Assembly: GCA_963663405.2 (NCBI GenBank)
Contig: CAXXSM010000025.1
Coordinates: 36,347-100,346 of the forward strand
Origin: a bacterium
GTDB lineage: Bacteria > Hinthialibacterota > Hinthialibacteria > Hinthialibacterales > Hinthialibacteraceae
Reading direction: 5' to 3'
DNA length: 64,000 bases
The notes beneath the pieces were generated by a model. That model ran no database searches and was not told the origin of the DNA. It saw nothing but the letters and a program-made list of their open reading frames with translations. This document shows positions 40,601 to 50,874 of the stretch, piece by piece; positions within the stretch are counted from its first letter, which is position 1, and the number at the start of each line of letters is the position of its first letter. Both the position numbers and the translations under genes were made by a program.

Positions 40601-42940
40601 CGTTATCGTGGGTATGGGCTGCGCAACAAACCAAAGAAGAGTTGGAGGGTAGTTTTCCCAAAGGGAAATCGGTGGGACGACCGGCGGGCGATTAATCTAA
40701 ACGCGAATTATCATACCTCACCGCTGATCCGTGGTGAGGCGGGATACATGGAACATCTCGCTTATGAGTTTTTCCGTGAGATGGGAGTCAGCGCCGCGGA
40801 TACTGAACATCGGCGCGTGGTTCTCAACGGATCGTACTATGGTCTCTTTATCATGCCGGAACAGTACAATGAAGATTTCCTCAACGCGCACGATCTCGCC
40901 GATGAGACACGTATCTTTCAGGCGGGAATACAAGGGCGCCGAAGCGATTTGAGTGTGGAACTGAGTTTTGATGACTACGTCCAGAAATATGAGAACACGC
41001 TGGGGGCCGACGAAGATATACAGATTTTAATTAATTTCATCGAAGCGCTTGATAGCGCCGCTGATTTAAAAGCGTTTTTTGAAGCCAACCTGGATATCGA
41101 TCAATTTCTCGCGTATTTGACCGGTGTAGCGGCGGTTTCTTTTGTGGATAGCGCGGAGAAGAATTACATGCCCACGCGAGGAGCCGATGGACGCTGGTTC
41201 GTGATGCCCTGGGATATCAGCCATTGCTGGGGTGAAGTCAGCACCCGCAGTTCGTATCCATTTCAATCCGATTTCGGTCTATTGGACGGCGCAGAGAGTG
41301 GTGTATATGGAATCAACGTTCTACGAAATAAATTTCTCAGCGTGCCGGAGTACAGGGAGCGGTATTTCTCAATGCTGCGAGATACCGCTGAACGCAACTT
41401 TACGCGGTCGCATCTCGATCCGTGGTTTGACACCTATTGGGAATATCTGCATGACGCGATTGACGAGAACATGCAGCGCTGGAACTCACCGGGCGATATC
41501 CAAAATCTCGTTCCGGAAATGAAGAACTACGTCAGCGCCCGGCGGGATTTTATCCTCAATGATTCCAACGTCCGCCCGGAGGACATTCCTACAAAACCGG
41601 AGAATCTGTCTCCCACTGATGGTGAGACAGTCAATCCTGATGGGACCACAAACAGCGTCAACTTGCAGGCAAGAATGGATGTGGGACTTTCATCGGAGTG
41701 GGAGATTCAGGAAACATCCGCTGATTTCTATCATCCATTCTGGAGCGGCGCCAACGAACCAGATGTAGTTGATTCTCTCCTCGTTCCGCAAGATGTTTTG
41801 CTGCCCGGCGTCACGTATTTTTGGCGTGTACGGTATCAATCGGAAGCCGGCGTTTGGAGCGACTGGTCGGATCCTACGTCTTTCACGACCAGCGGGGATT
41901 TCCCCTTGCCTGAAGTAAGGGATATCGTAGTCACACCGTTGGATCAATCTGTCCGGCTCGAATGGACTTTGCCGGAAGCGGCCGATCTTTTACGCGTTGA
42001 TATTTATGAAGGCAATGACATTATCGAATCAGCGCCGATCGACGACAATCGTGTCCGTATAACCGATTTGGAAAACGGCTTGGACTATTACTTCACGATC
42101 CGCACCGTTACAAAAGACCGGCGGAGTTCTCAGGGGATCACCGTTCATGCGAGACCGGCCACGCCGCTGCAAGAGGGTGATCTGATCGCCTATTTCCGCT
42201 TTGAAGGCGATACGATCGATTCAGGCGGCTTGTTTGAAAATGGAACGATCCTGGGAACGGCGGAGATTTCAGCGCCGGGTTTGCCCGATCCGGTTCCATT
42301 GACGAAAACACCAAACAGCGCGTCTCTCGATCTGAAAGGAGCCGCTGGGAATGGATTCCAGTTTGGCGCGGGCAATCCATACTTGAACGTGATAGAGCGT
42401 CTGACCTTGGAATGCTTCACCCAACTGGCGCCCGGCGCAACAGGAGCGATGACGTTGATCGACCGGTACAACGAATCGAACGCGCCGGAAGAAGGAGTCT
42501 GGCGTTTTGGGATTGGTTTCAGTCAATCGCGATCGTTGGATTTCTTCTTGAATGATGGAGATTCCAATAGTGGATTTTCCGGGCGGCTACACATCGCTTC
42601 ACGCGAGGGTGTTGTCCCCACAGATACCGAGGTTCATCATTACGCGGTAGTAGTCAATCTCAGCGAGGATGGATTCACGGACAAGGTCCGCCTTTATATC
42701 GATGGTAAATCCATTTCTACAGTAATCGTCCATGAGGACGGCGTTTCGGATTATAACACCTTCCGCACCGGCGGCGCGCAACCGGTCTACATCGGCGCGA
42801 AGCAAACCCCCACGGGAACCGCTGAACCACTCCAAGGACGGATTGACGAAGTCCGCTTGACAGCAGGCGCCCTGGAGACAGATCAATTCCTCCAGCCGGT
42901 GGAAGTCCTTCCCGGAGTCACGGATTGGGCGTTGTATTAA
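37694..42940 (+). CDS. Large secreted protein: three lamin-tail domains, CotH kinase, FN3 and LamG; C-terminus PGVTDWALY
   Basis: Three VINEI.Y...E.IEL.N repeats; LYDDGTHGD; RYRG...KKSW, YYGL..M.EQ, KNY...PWD; GRIDEVRL. Confidence 0.9.
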   Translation: MKHLSRIFPFFIVTMIVPIVQSAVVINEIMYHPSTNGDNEEYIELFNTSAEPADLTGWTFSDGIDFDFPDGTMIEGESYLLVCRNELAIRDRYMIDNLNLTTGNFAPSKLSNGGERITLYDANGEEVDRVSYNDSSPWPPAADGQGASLELVHPLADNNNVLYWRASYTPTPGRVNSWITDVVPPRITSISRTPQVPSDSDPVTIDVQFAEGDEIQSVILSYTVDGSVTEKITMNPRDGQYIANLPVQTDGTVVEYWITATNTAGFSIISPIDTMERAYVYQVDNTPPAPGSVVINEIMYNNPTSSDEDLEWVELYNPSVSELDLSYWTLRDSEDLHVFRFPAGTLIPANGYFLIARTKASYWTAPALDGLSFSLDDNGDQVRLFDPNGCLIAEVEYNDSGEWPEGADGEGGSLELLQVSRPNGAPSNWAVSGLGGTPGLPNAHAVTDSAYHDYSVMINEIFYHPEDEETDDNLDLEYIELYNNHPEAVDLSGWYFSRGIEFHFPEGASIPGNGYLLVCRNTGRYPNVPNRIGNYSLQLNNGGEALALTNDLGVVVDYVDYNDQPPWPVLPDGEGHSLELISPIADNTAAQYWRNGQPMSPGAQNAVYMNNTPPRITRVQHTPEFPAAAVSEDRTEYNTIVEVGDSWRYFKGTSAPPSDWNNIDFNDSAWDEGPSGFGYSDNDDATELNDMQNQYVSVYIRTSFEVSDLTGYTFMTLGMDYDDSFIAYLNGVEVARSNVSGSPPAFDRTADGNHEAGAMESFDLTNYLPLLQSGSNVLAVEGHNTSLTSSDFSLIPQLETGRVIPAEEGGSSKVVITARIRDDDGISEAVLHYQRLTSPLGAGLILMDWESVPLYDDGTHGDQTAGDSYYSFTFTDAEKLEPYDIWRYKISAKDTLGNEAILPLQDELTRHYAFFVEDLSNAPDFPTTYLFMESSVLSWLNRNVESNVEQPCIVVMDGEVFDLYHGGGVRYRGYGLRNKPKKSWRVVFPKGNRWDDRRAINLNANYHTSPLIRGEAGYMEHLAYEFFREMGVSAADTEHRRVVLNGSYYGLFIMPEQYNEDFLNAHDLADETRIFQAGIQGRRSDLSVELSFDDYVQKYENTLGADEDIQILINFIEALDSAADLKAFFEANLDIDQFLAYLTGVAAVSFVDSAEKNYMPTRGADGRWFVMPWDISHCWGEVSTRSSYPFQSDFGLLDGAESGVYGINVLRNKFLSVPEYRERYFSMLRDTAERNFTRSHLDPWFDTYWEYLHDAIDENMQRWNSPGDIQNLVPEMKNYVSARRDFILNDSNVRPEDIPTKPENLSPTDGETVNPDGTTNSVNLQARMDVGLSSEWEIQETSADFYHPFWSGANEPDVVDSLLVPQDVLLPGVTYFWRVRYQSEAGVWSDWSDPTSFTTSGDFPLPEVRDIVVTPLDQSVRLEWTLPEAADLLRVDIYEGNDIIESAPIDDNRVRITDLENGLDYYFTIRTVTKDRRSSQGITVHARPATPLQEGDLIAYFRFEGDTIDSGGLFENGTILGTAEISAPGLPDPVPLTKTPNSASLDLKGAAGNGFQFGAGNPYLNVIERLTLECFTQLAPGATGAMTLIDRYNESNAPEEGVWRFGIGFSQSRSLDFFLNDGDSNSGFSGRLHIASREGVVPTDTEVHHYAVVVNLSEDGFTDKVRLYIDGKSISTVIVHEDGVSDYNTFRTGGAQPVYIGAKQTPTGTAEPLQGRIDEVRLTAGALETDQFLQPVEVLPGVTDWALY

Positions 42941-42941
42941 A

Positions 42942-42990
42942 TTAGGTTGAAGGTTGAAGGTAGAAGGCTGAAGGTTTTTTTAACCTTCGG
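42942..42990. repeat. 7-bp periodic GAAGGYT element with an inverted arm
   Basis: TTAGGTT GAAGGTT GAAGGTA GAAGGCT GAAGGTT...AACCTTCGG. Confidence 0.6.
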
Positions 42991-43098
42991 CCCCTGTCTA
43001 ATTGCTTTATCTTAATAGTGCGGTTAAGCGGTTTCTGTTTACAATATCCAGATAAAACTCCACGGAATAATTTTTTTTTATTTTTTCGGTGTTTTCTA

Positions 43099-43148
43099 TT
43101 GACAGCAATAAGAGATTTCTCTAAACTCGGATATATTGTCGTACGACA
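43099..43148 (+). promoter_or_regulatory. Sigma70 promoter and palindromic operator for the blaI-blaR1-like pair
   Basis: TTGACA(43099)-N17-TAAACT(43122); perfect palindrome TGTCGTACGACA at 43137-43148. Confidence 0.75.
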
Positions 43149-43177
43149 TATGTATTCAATCAAGAAGGATTTGTCTG

Positions 43178-43567
43178 ATGAAGACAAGTAGTAAAAAACC
43201 GACGGGCGCTGAACTCGCCATATTGCGCATCTTATGGAACCGGGGATCCCGCTCCGTGCGGGAGATCAACGAAGAACTGAACCGGACTAAAAAAACGACT
43301 TACACAACGACATTAAAAACCATGCAGCGGATGTTTGAAAAAGGGCAAGTGAGCCGTGACGAATCAAGCCGGCAGCACCTCTATACCGCCAAAATCAAAG
43401 AGGAATCAACACAGAATTTCATGTTAAACGATCTTCTAATACGCGCGTTTGGTGGATCGAGAAGCAAACTGGTGTTGCAAGCGTTATCCAGCGAGGAAAC
43501 GACGCCGGAGGATTTGAAAGAGATCGAAAAGATCATTCATACCTTAAAAAAGGAGCGGAAAAAATGA
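43178..43567 (+). CDS. BlaI/MecI/CopY family repressor
   Basis: PTGAELAILRILW, YTTTLKTMQRMFEKG, HLY.A, FGGS..KLV. Confidence 0.95.
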   Translation: MKTSSKKPTGAELAILRILWNRGSRSVREINEELNRTKKTTYTTTLKTMQRMFEKGQVSRDESSRQHLYTAKIKEESTQNFMLNDLLIRAFGGSRSKLVLQALSSEETTPEDLKEIEKIIHTLKKERKK

Positions 43568-45660
43568 GTGGGAATGGTTGGCTGACATCTCCAATGATTG
43601 AGGAGATCGGTTGGGTGTTAGTGCATTTCATATGGCAGGGCGCCCTAATAGCGGGAATCTATGCTTTTCTCCAACGGTTACTCATCCATTCTTCCGCCAA
43701 TCTACGATACATAACGGGCTGCGTCTGTTTACTGATTATGTTGGCTTGCCCTGTTCTATCCGCGACTAAGATCATTTTCGCTGCGAAAGACACGCCGGTT
43801 TCCAGCGCGCTGGATGGATTATTGTTCAATGAACGTTACGGAGGTTTCGGCGAAGAGACTCCAGGGGATTCGAATACAACAATTGCAGATAAACCAGTCT
43901 CCACTCAAAACGCATCGAGTCCAATCAACCTCTCCCTCTCCTTTTTACAGCCCTACCTTCCTTGGCTCGTTCTGCTTTGGTTCGCCGGTGTCGCGGCGCT
44001 TTCGTTCCGGCTTTTGGGCAATTGGATCTCATTGAAATATGTTTGCGGACATTATACGCGACCCGTTTCTGAACACTACGAAATCCTGTGCAGGACTTTA
44101 GCCGAACGAATGGGCATCCATCGATACATACGGTGTTTTGAATCAGCGCGGATCGATGCTCCATCGACAATCGGCTGGATAAAACCCATCATACTCCTGC
44201 CCACCAGCGCGATCACGGGTTTGAGTCCGGAACAGATGGAAACCATTTTGGCCCATGAATTGGCGCATATCCGCCGCTTTGACTACATTGTCAATCTTAT
44301 CCAATCAGTTATTGAAACCTTGCTGTTTTATCATCCCGCCGTCTGGTGGATTTCCCGCCAGGTACGAATCGAACGCGAGCATTGCTGTGACGATCAAGCC
44401 GTCCAGCTGGGAGGTGATCTTGTGACTTACATTCATGCGTTGTCAGAAATGGAAAAAATCAGGCAGAAACAGTTTCAATTCGCGCTCTCTTCACAAGGAG
44501 GATTCTTGTTACAGCGGATTAAGCGTTTGGCAGGAATACGCACGAAGACAGGAAAACTAACATCGAGTTCTCTCTCCGGATTGGTAACCATGTCTATTGT
44601 GATGTGTATCTTTCTATTGACGAATGTAGAAGAAAGCCACGCGCAAGGTTTTTGGCAGGAAGTCAATATTGATGGCCCAAAACCAGAACCGAGAGTGGGT
44701 CATTCCATGGTTTACGATCCTATACGAGAAGTGGTGCTTCTTCATAGTGGTGACAATTACGTAACTACTTACAATGACACATGGGCATGGGATGGAGAAA
44801 AATGGGAGAAAATATCGGAATCCGGTCCTGCTCGTATTGGAACTAGCATGGTCTATGACGAGAAGAATCAAGAGATACTTCTTTTTGGTGGGACATGGCG
44901 AATCACGTCTGGTTTTGATTATTCCAACGATCTATGGAAATGGAATGGAGCAGAGTGGTCCAAAATAGAATTATCCGCCGATGCGCCAAAACCATCTCCG
45001 CGCAATGAACACGCGATGGTTTACGACAAACAAAACCAGAGAATACTATTATTGGGCGGGGTCAGTGATGCTCCTAATCCTTATGATGATACTTGGGAAT
45101 GGGATGGAGAAAAATGGACAGAATTGGCTATTAAAAATCCTTCTATATATACCTGGAGTAATGGATTTATCGATCCAGTAAGTAATTCATTTGTTGTAGT
45201 ATTCGCGAATAATATAAATGACTGGAAATTTTCGTTAAAAGAATTGAAAAACAACAGTTGGATAACGATCTATGAAAATACAGAGATGGATTTTTATATG
45301 TATACAAAAAATGCTAATGATGTTGACCGTAATATCATTGTACTTTTTGGTGGAGGTTATCCTTGGTGGGGGAGTTTTTTACCTCCACATCTTATTCCAC
45401 GGATGGATACAACCACTGACAGAATGATGGAATGGGATGGAAGAAATATGAGGATTTTGGATATTGAGAGACCACCTTCCCGAAATGATCATGCGATGGT
45501 ATACGATCAGGCGCGAAAAAATATTGTTTTATTTGGTGGAGTTCAAAATGAAACCGCCACAAATGGAACAGGTGAAGGGTATTTAAATGACACTTGGATC
45601 TACACAGCCTCATCATCAAGCGGTCTATCAAGTGATCTCTGGTCCATGTTTTCAAAGTAA
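43564..45660 (+). CDS. BlaR1-type M56 peptidase fused to an extracellular Kelch-like propeller; C-terminus SSDLWSMFSK
   Basis: LVHFIWQG, HELAHIRRFD, FYHPAVWW, REHCCD; Kelch repeats R..H.MVYD...LLFGG...DTW.WDG. Confidence 0.9.
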   Translation: MSGNGWLTSPMIEEIGWVLVHFIWQGALIAGIYAFLQRLLIHSSANLRYITGCVCLLIMLACPVLSATKIIFAAKDTPVSSALDGLLFNERYGGFGEETPGDSNTTIADKPVSTQNASSPINLSLSFLQPYLPWLVLLWFAGVAALSFRLLGNWISLKYVCGHYTRPVSEHYEILCRTLAERMGIHRYIRCFESARIDAPSTIGWIKPIILLPTSAITGLSPEQMETILAHELAHIRRFDYIVNLIQSVIETLLFYHPAVWWISRQVRIEREHCCDDQAVQLGGDLVTYIHALSEMEKIRQKQFQFALSSQGGFLLQRIKRLAGIRTKTGKLTSSSLSGLVTMSIVMCIFLLTNVEESHAQGFWQEVNIDGPKPEPRVGHSMVYDPIREVVLLHSGDNYVTTYNDTWAWDGEKWEKISESGPARIGTSMVYDEKNQEILLFGGTWRITSGFDYSNDLWKWNGAEWSKIELSADAPKPSPRNEHAMVYDKQNQRILLLGGVSDAPNPYDDTWEWDGEKWTELAIKNPSIYTWSNGFIDPVSNSFVVVFANNINDWKFSLKELKNNSWITIYENTEMDFYMYTKNANDVDRNIIVLFGGGYPWWGSFLPPHLIPRMDTTTDRMMEWDGRNMRILDIERPPSRNDHAMVYDQARKNIVLFGGVQNETATNGTGEGYLNDTWIYTASSSSGLSSDLWSMFSK

Positions 45661-45709
45661 GTAATCCTTAGTAATAATGTCGATACAATCGTACAATCAC
45701 TCGTTAAAT

Positions 45710-47566
45710 CTATTCTTCTTTCAAACGGGGAAGAATCTCCGTCACCCGGTTGGTATATGTATGTTTTTGAAGAATCTCATCACAGGCTGTATGTTGGATG
45801 CGGGAGCGAAGTGGGGAGGAATCGATGTAGAATCGCGCTTTTTCAAGAAGGTCATCTTCACCATGATACCAAGCCGCGTTTTTTTTATCTTGGAACAAAT
45901 CTTCCAGCGCGGGGGTATACTCGCTGAGTAGAAAACCTCCCATGACTGGGACTTCGAAAACACGCAGATTGATGAATGAACCAGGTTGGACGCTGTCAAT
46001 CATGATATTCACAGCGGTTGAAGCGTAGACATCGGCCAGCTGTTGTCTTGAGGTTACCGGTCCTCCATAGGATTCTTCTTGATCCCATTCTTTGAGGGCA
46101 GCGCGCCAGGATTCCGATCCATACACTTTTAAACCATATGGTAGTAGAAAACGAACCGTCTCCCGCCGTTTCTGAGAGTTGGCCAGCGTGTATCCCCAGT
46201 ATAATACCGCCCATTCCCGGGCGCGTTCGATCGATTGATCACCAATGTTAGAATAGTGATCAAGAATAGTCTCGTATCCCTTTGGTGGGGGAGCGCGATC
46301 GAAGAGATCGTATCCCGTCAGGGAACCTTGTAGGAAGAGTTCAGAAACACGCTGTATATACTCCCGGTGCGCGCTGGGTAGAGTGGTTAATTTTCCCTCC
46401 GCTTCGGGCAACGATCCCACGTAGGTGAATGGCGCTTGATAGTGGAGCAGGTTTCGTCCTTTGGGCAGATTGGCCGCCGCTCCACCATGTAATACACCAC
46501 GATATATGTCTCTCTCCCGAAGATCAGGTTCCACGAACGTATCCGATACGGAAAAGACATTGTCACAGGGATGATAGGGCTTCTCATACGGCTGCAGAGC
46601 GGGATGATCGATCAACCATACGATCCGGGGCAGTTTGTATGAATCCGCGAACCGGGCGATGCGGGGAGACGCCGCGTTGACGTTGAAAATCAGATCCGGT
46701 GGATGTTCGTGAAAGTGACGGATCGCGCAAAAAAGAGAAGAAAACACCGGCGCCTCCACCTCAAAGAGACGCGGTTCCCATCCATGATTTTGAAATCCAT
46801 CCAACACCCATCGCGTAAAGATCGGCGTTACATTTCCCGCTTCCGGATCGCTTGAAAGATGCGCCCAGATTGATTTTGGCGAGGATAGTTTGGATGGAGA
46901 ACCCTGATATTTCTGCTGCGCGGCAAGAAAATGTTGGGAGAAGACGGCTTGTTTTTTCTCAATATACGCGCGGAGACGCGTAACTGCGCTGGGAATCCAA
47001 TGGGATTGAAGAGAACCGGCGCCACATCCGATTTGGAATGAAATCCGTTGCGATTTAAACACATAGAGCGCGTTTTCATTGATGATCTGTTCACAATGTT
47101 CGAGCGCTTCATTTCCAAAGGCGAAAAGGCAACGAGGATTGCGTAGAAGTTCCGTGAGATCTTCCCATTCAAACGCCGCCCGCAAAAGTGGAATTCTTGG
47201 TTCCAAAACCACCAATCCTACTGCCCGGCTGGGATAGCGTTCGTTTAATTCACGAACAGCTTGCCGTATGACAGTTCCAAAACCGAATCCGGTAACAAAA
47301 ACAACCCAAGCGCCCCGTTCAATATCCATGAGAATCCGTCGCGCGAATTGCGAAGCTCCATAAACCGGCGCTCCCTGGTGTTGAATGGGAAGCCATTGTC
47401 CATCGGGTGTTTTTTCATCGATGTTTTTTTCTTCCTGTGATGGAGAATCGATACGGATAGCGTCCATCCATGAAACACAGCATCGAATCTCCTCCGCAGA
47501 AGTGGGATCGATATTGCGGAGCGTGTCAAGATTCTTTTCCAGGAAGGAGTGATTAGGGGATCTCAT
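45710..47566 (-). CDS. CgeB-like (Glyco_trans_1_2) glycosyltransferase with a Maf-like N-terminal domain
   Basis: KNLDTL, GFGFG, VLEP; C-terminal LKVYG..W, VYAS..VNI, NLRVFE...GGFLLS, HTY.NR. Confidence 0.8.
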   Translation of the reverse strand: MRSPNHSFLEKNLDTLRNIDPTSAEEIRCCVSWMDAIRIDSPSQEEKNIDEKTPDGQWLPIQHQGAPVYGASQFARRILMDIERGAWVVFVTGFGFGTVIRQAVRELNERYPSRAVGLVVLEPRIPLLRAAFEWEDLTELLRNPRCLFAFGNEALEHCEQIINENALYVFKSQRISFQIGCGAGSLQSHWIPSAVTRLRAYIEKKQAVFSQHFLAAQQKYQGSPSKLSSPKSIWAHLSSDPEAGNVTPIFTRWVLDGFQNHGWEPRLFEVEAPVFSSLFCAIRHFHEHPPDLIFNVNAASPRIARFADSYKLPRIVWLIDHPALQPYEKPYHPCDNVFSVSDTFVEPDLRERDIYRGVLHGGAAANLPKGRNLLHYQAPFTYVGSLPEAEGKLTTLPSAHREYIQRVSELFLQGSLTGYDLFDRAPPPKGYETILDHYSNIGDQSIERAREWAVLYWGYTLANSQKRRETVRFLLPYGLKVYGSESWRAALKEWDQEESYGGPVTSRQQLADVYASTAVNIMIDSVQPGSFINLRVFEVPVMGGFLLSEYTPALEDLFQDKKNAAWYHGEDDLLEKARFYIDSSPLRSRIQHTACDEILQKHTYTNRVTEILPRLKEE

Positions 47567-47577
47567 AAAAAAACGTA

Positions 47578-47868
47578 TTATTTCCGGACCGCCTCTTTCA
47601 ACGTTTTTCCGGGGGAGAAGGCGGGGATTTTCTTATACTGCCGCTTTTTCAATTTTTTCTTTTTTAATGGTTTTTTTGGGGGTGGATTTTGCGGGGGGAG
47701 TTCCTTTTTCACCGTATAAAACGAGCCGAAACCGGTCAATCGAACTCGTTTTTCCCGTCTTAATGTATCCGTAATGATATCGATAACGGCGTCAAACGCC
47801 TTTTCGCTTTTCTGTTTGGGGAGAGAAGCCGTTTTTGCTATCGAATCGATCAGGTCATTTTTATTCAT
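47578..47868 (-). CDS. HU family DNA-binding protein with an atypical Pro/Lys-rich arm
   Basis: MNKNDLID.IA, VRLTGFGSF, PAFSPGK.LKEAV. Confidence 0.88.
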   Translation of the reverse strand: MNKNDLIDSIAKTASLPKQKSEKAFDAVIDIITDTLRREKRVRLTGFGSFYTVKKELPPQNPPPKKPLKKKKLKKRQYKKIPAFSPGKTLKEAVRK

Positions 47869-48292
47869 TCAACGATATCCTTTATAAAGGATCGCGGCGA
47901 TAAAATTATGATTTCAGAGATCCCACTCGCAAAAAAATTCCAACCCAAATGCACATAAACCAGCATGATTTGAGATCACAACGCGCAAATGAAAAGAAAA
48001 AATCCGCTAAACCGGACTTCAATCATTCCAGAGAAAGAGCGTGAAATCAACTACTCGCGCAGAAAAAAAGGAAAGAAAATAGAAAAATCCACAGGACACC
48101 AATTCACCTTGGTCAAGGCTGCCGTCAATCCAGAATGTTTACGCTATATTCTCTTATAACGCCTTTGTAAAGTTAATGTATTGATAAGAACTACGGTTTC
48201 GTTCTTTAGAAGATAAACTTATTACAAAACTTTTAGGTAATGTGAAACGTTGTCAACAAACTAGCCAAAACCATCTTTTTAGGTATAGAAAC

Positions 48293-50874
48293 ATGAAACA
48301 GTCCTGGATTTTCCGATTTACCTTTTTTCTCATTCTCTCAATTCCCATGATTCACGCGCAGGCCGAACAAAAAAAGCAAGAAAAACCAGCGCCGGCGATG
48401 AATTCCGCAATGGCTTTCACGAGTTTTCAAATTCTAGGCGCCCGGAATTATATGAAGCGGGTACGGTGGACGGATGAGACGATCGACTCTCATTTTAAAG
48501 AGAAGAATTCCCCTTGGAATCAATGTGTAAAAGCGGCGTTGCTGGGAGGCGAAGACCGCCTGCTGAAGACGGCGGATGTATTAGTAGAAACATTTAATAT
48601 GAGAGAAAACCTCTCTTTCAAAGGACTAGATCAAGCATCTCTCCATCAACGCCTGCTGTCGATCCAACAGCTTCTTCAATCCTATGACTGTTTTTTGGCG
48701 ATCCCCGAAACGGCGCAGATCGATCCAAATGTAGTGTCTAATGTTCGCGATTCATTGAATGAATTCACCGCATGGTTTTTTGAAGAGACGCCGGGAGAGA
48801 TAAATCCCGCTGATTTAATCTTGCTGCAAACAGCGCGATTGTACGCCGTATTGCTTACGAACTCCACTGAACTTATTGAGAAATGCGTTCTCGGCGCTGA
48901 AGATGGACCTGGATTGGAGGCCATGCTGAAAAAGAGCCAATTTGGAGAAGGCATGGACACCGACGACTACTGTGGACTCCTATATCCCTGTCTGTTCCAG
49001 TCTTTTACAGGTAATGAACGCGCTGAAGAATAGGGAATCCGATCACTTTTACCGGCTCGCGCCATCCACACGGAAATTTTCGGGGGCTGCCTGCGCGATG
49101 CTCTTTCCCCATATGTCACTGCCATCGATTTTACAACCACAAGAAAAATCTGTTAGCAATATTGATTTAGACGCAGCACGGACTGAGTTTCTTGAGCGGG
49201 CGTATTCTTTCTACGGCGAAACAAAGTATTTAGCGATTCTCAAGTCAGCCTATCAAACGCGTTTACGACGGCCCGGCGCGCTTCTCTCATGGAGAGACAC
49301 CGTCCCAAACGGGCAGTCTCCACCGCTTATGAATCATTCGTTCTACCAAGGGCTGGGGCGGGCCGTTTTAAGTAACGGAAGCGGTTCCGTTCCTTTATCC
49401 CTCTTTGTTGACACTGGCGCGTCCGTTCAGCTCGAAAATCCGGCGTTGTTTTCGATTGAAATTCAAACCCATCAAGGAAAGATCAATTCTTTGATCCCAG
49501 AAATCGGGACAGCGGGCTGCAACACCGCTATGGTAAACGGCGCTCCACATCGAAATCCAAATCTTGAAAATGACGAAGCCTCACAACGCGCTAATTCATT
49601 CGGTACGGCATTTCCTAGATGGGAGTTCGTACATCAACGCCAGCGCGTCTGGACGCTATACGGAATATTATCCCTACGCGCCAGGCTATTTTGAGCGCTC
49701 GCTTTACGCAGGATCATCTTGTGTTGTTGAATTTGTTCCGCCTGCAAGGAAGCGGCGCCCATGATTATATCTACCACAGCGGCCCATTCCATCCAAGAAG
49801 CGTCAGGAGAGGAATGGAAACCATTTTCCGCATCTTCGTCCGATCAGGAACTGTTTTCACATTCTTCTTCTACGAAAGCATGTAGTAAAAAAGGGATCTA
49901 TAACGTTGATTTCAGAGCAAGTGATTCCGATGGAGTCTCTGAGCGGCTTTGGTTTGTTGATCCAATCGGTTCGCAATTGATTGTGGAGAAAACGGCCCCA
50001 CACTCATTTATCGTATGCCGGAGGAATTTCCCGGAGATGGCGGGGAATTTGTTCGCGCGTTTTCATGAATTATATACGGGAGAGACTCCGGAGGTAACAA
50101 GCATTGAGCGGTTGTTTTGGAACCGCGTCCAAACGAACGCGATTTTCAAGCGGTTGGTTTTGCAGTCGAACGGGGAGATGATTTTGATATTTACCTCTTC
50201 TGCGACGAGTAACAAGGTGAAATATACATCCACTTATCGAGCACGGGCGCATCGTTTTTCAGGGAAAATTCGGGCATATCCGGTATAAAAAAAGGATCGT
50301 TCGATCAACTTGCTATCACGGGGGGAACGCTTCTTCGGTACGATACGCATAGCGTGACGCTTCAATCCGCCATGATGACGGGAGTGATTGGGAAAATCGA
50401 ATCCGCCACGGGATCGATTGAAGTGAATTTCCCCCCAGCCTCTTCCAACCGATCCGAATCTTCAAGGATCGTCGCTTCTCGCTGTATCATTGGCGCAAAA
50501 TCCCGTCATGTTCCAATCGTTACTGACCGGCGCCACAAAGACCGGAACCACGTCACAGACAGTTTTGTTGGATCTATACCCCAATATAACGAATCCGCTT
50601 CCCTATCTGGCGCCCCCTGTTCGATCCGGCGATCAAGTTCTTTTTGAGACGTTTGCCGAATTGATTCGTATCAAAGGTGGATATTATCGATTCGCTTATT
50701 CGGCGCCCGCCGATATCATGATTCCAGGAGAGGACCAATGGAACCGGGTTTTCTTACGCAAGGTCGAGACGATGCAGCGTGTACGAGGGTAAATCCAACG
50801 CAGGATTGATTTTATTCCACGTTGATCCATCGGAGAGCGCTGGAGGGATTATCGAATTCTTCGCATCGCCTTGA
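48293..50874 (+). CDS. Large secreted protein, possibly heparinase II/III-like, split by several indels
   Basis: Signal peptide ending AQA|E; consecutive overlapping ORF pieces 48242-50792; CNTAMVNG and LFRLQG...HDYIYH resemble heparinase II/III beta-domains. The end coordinate is approximate. Confidence 0.5.
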
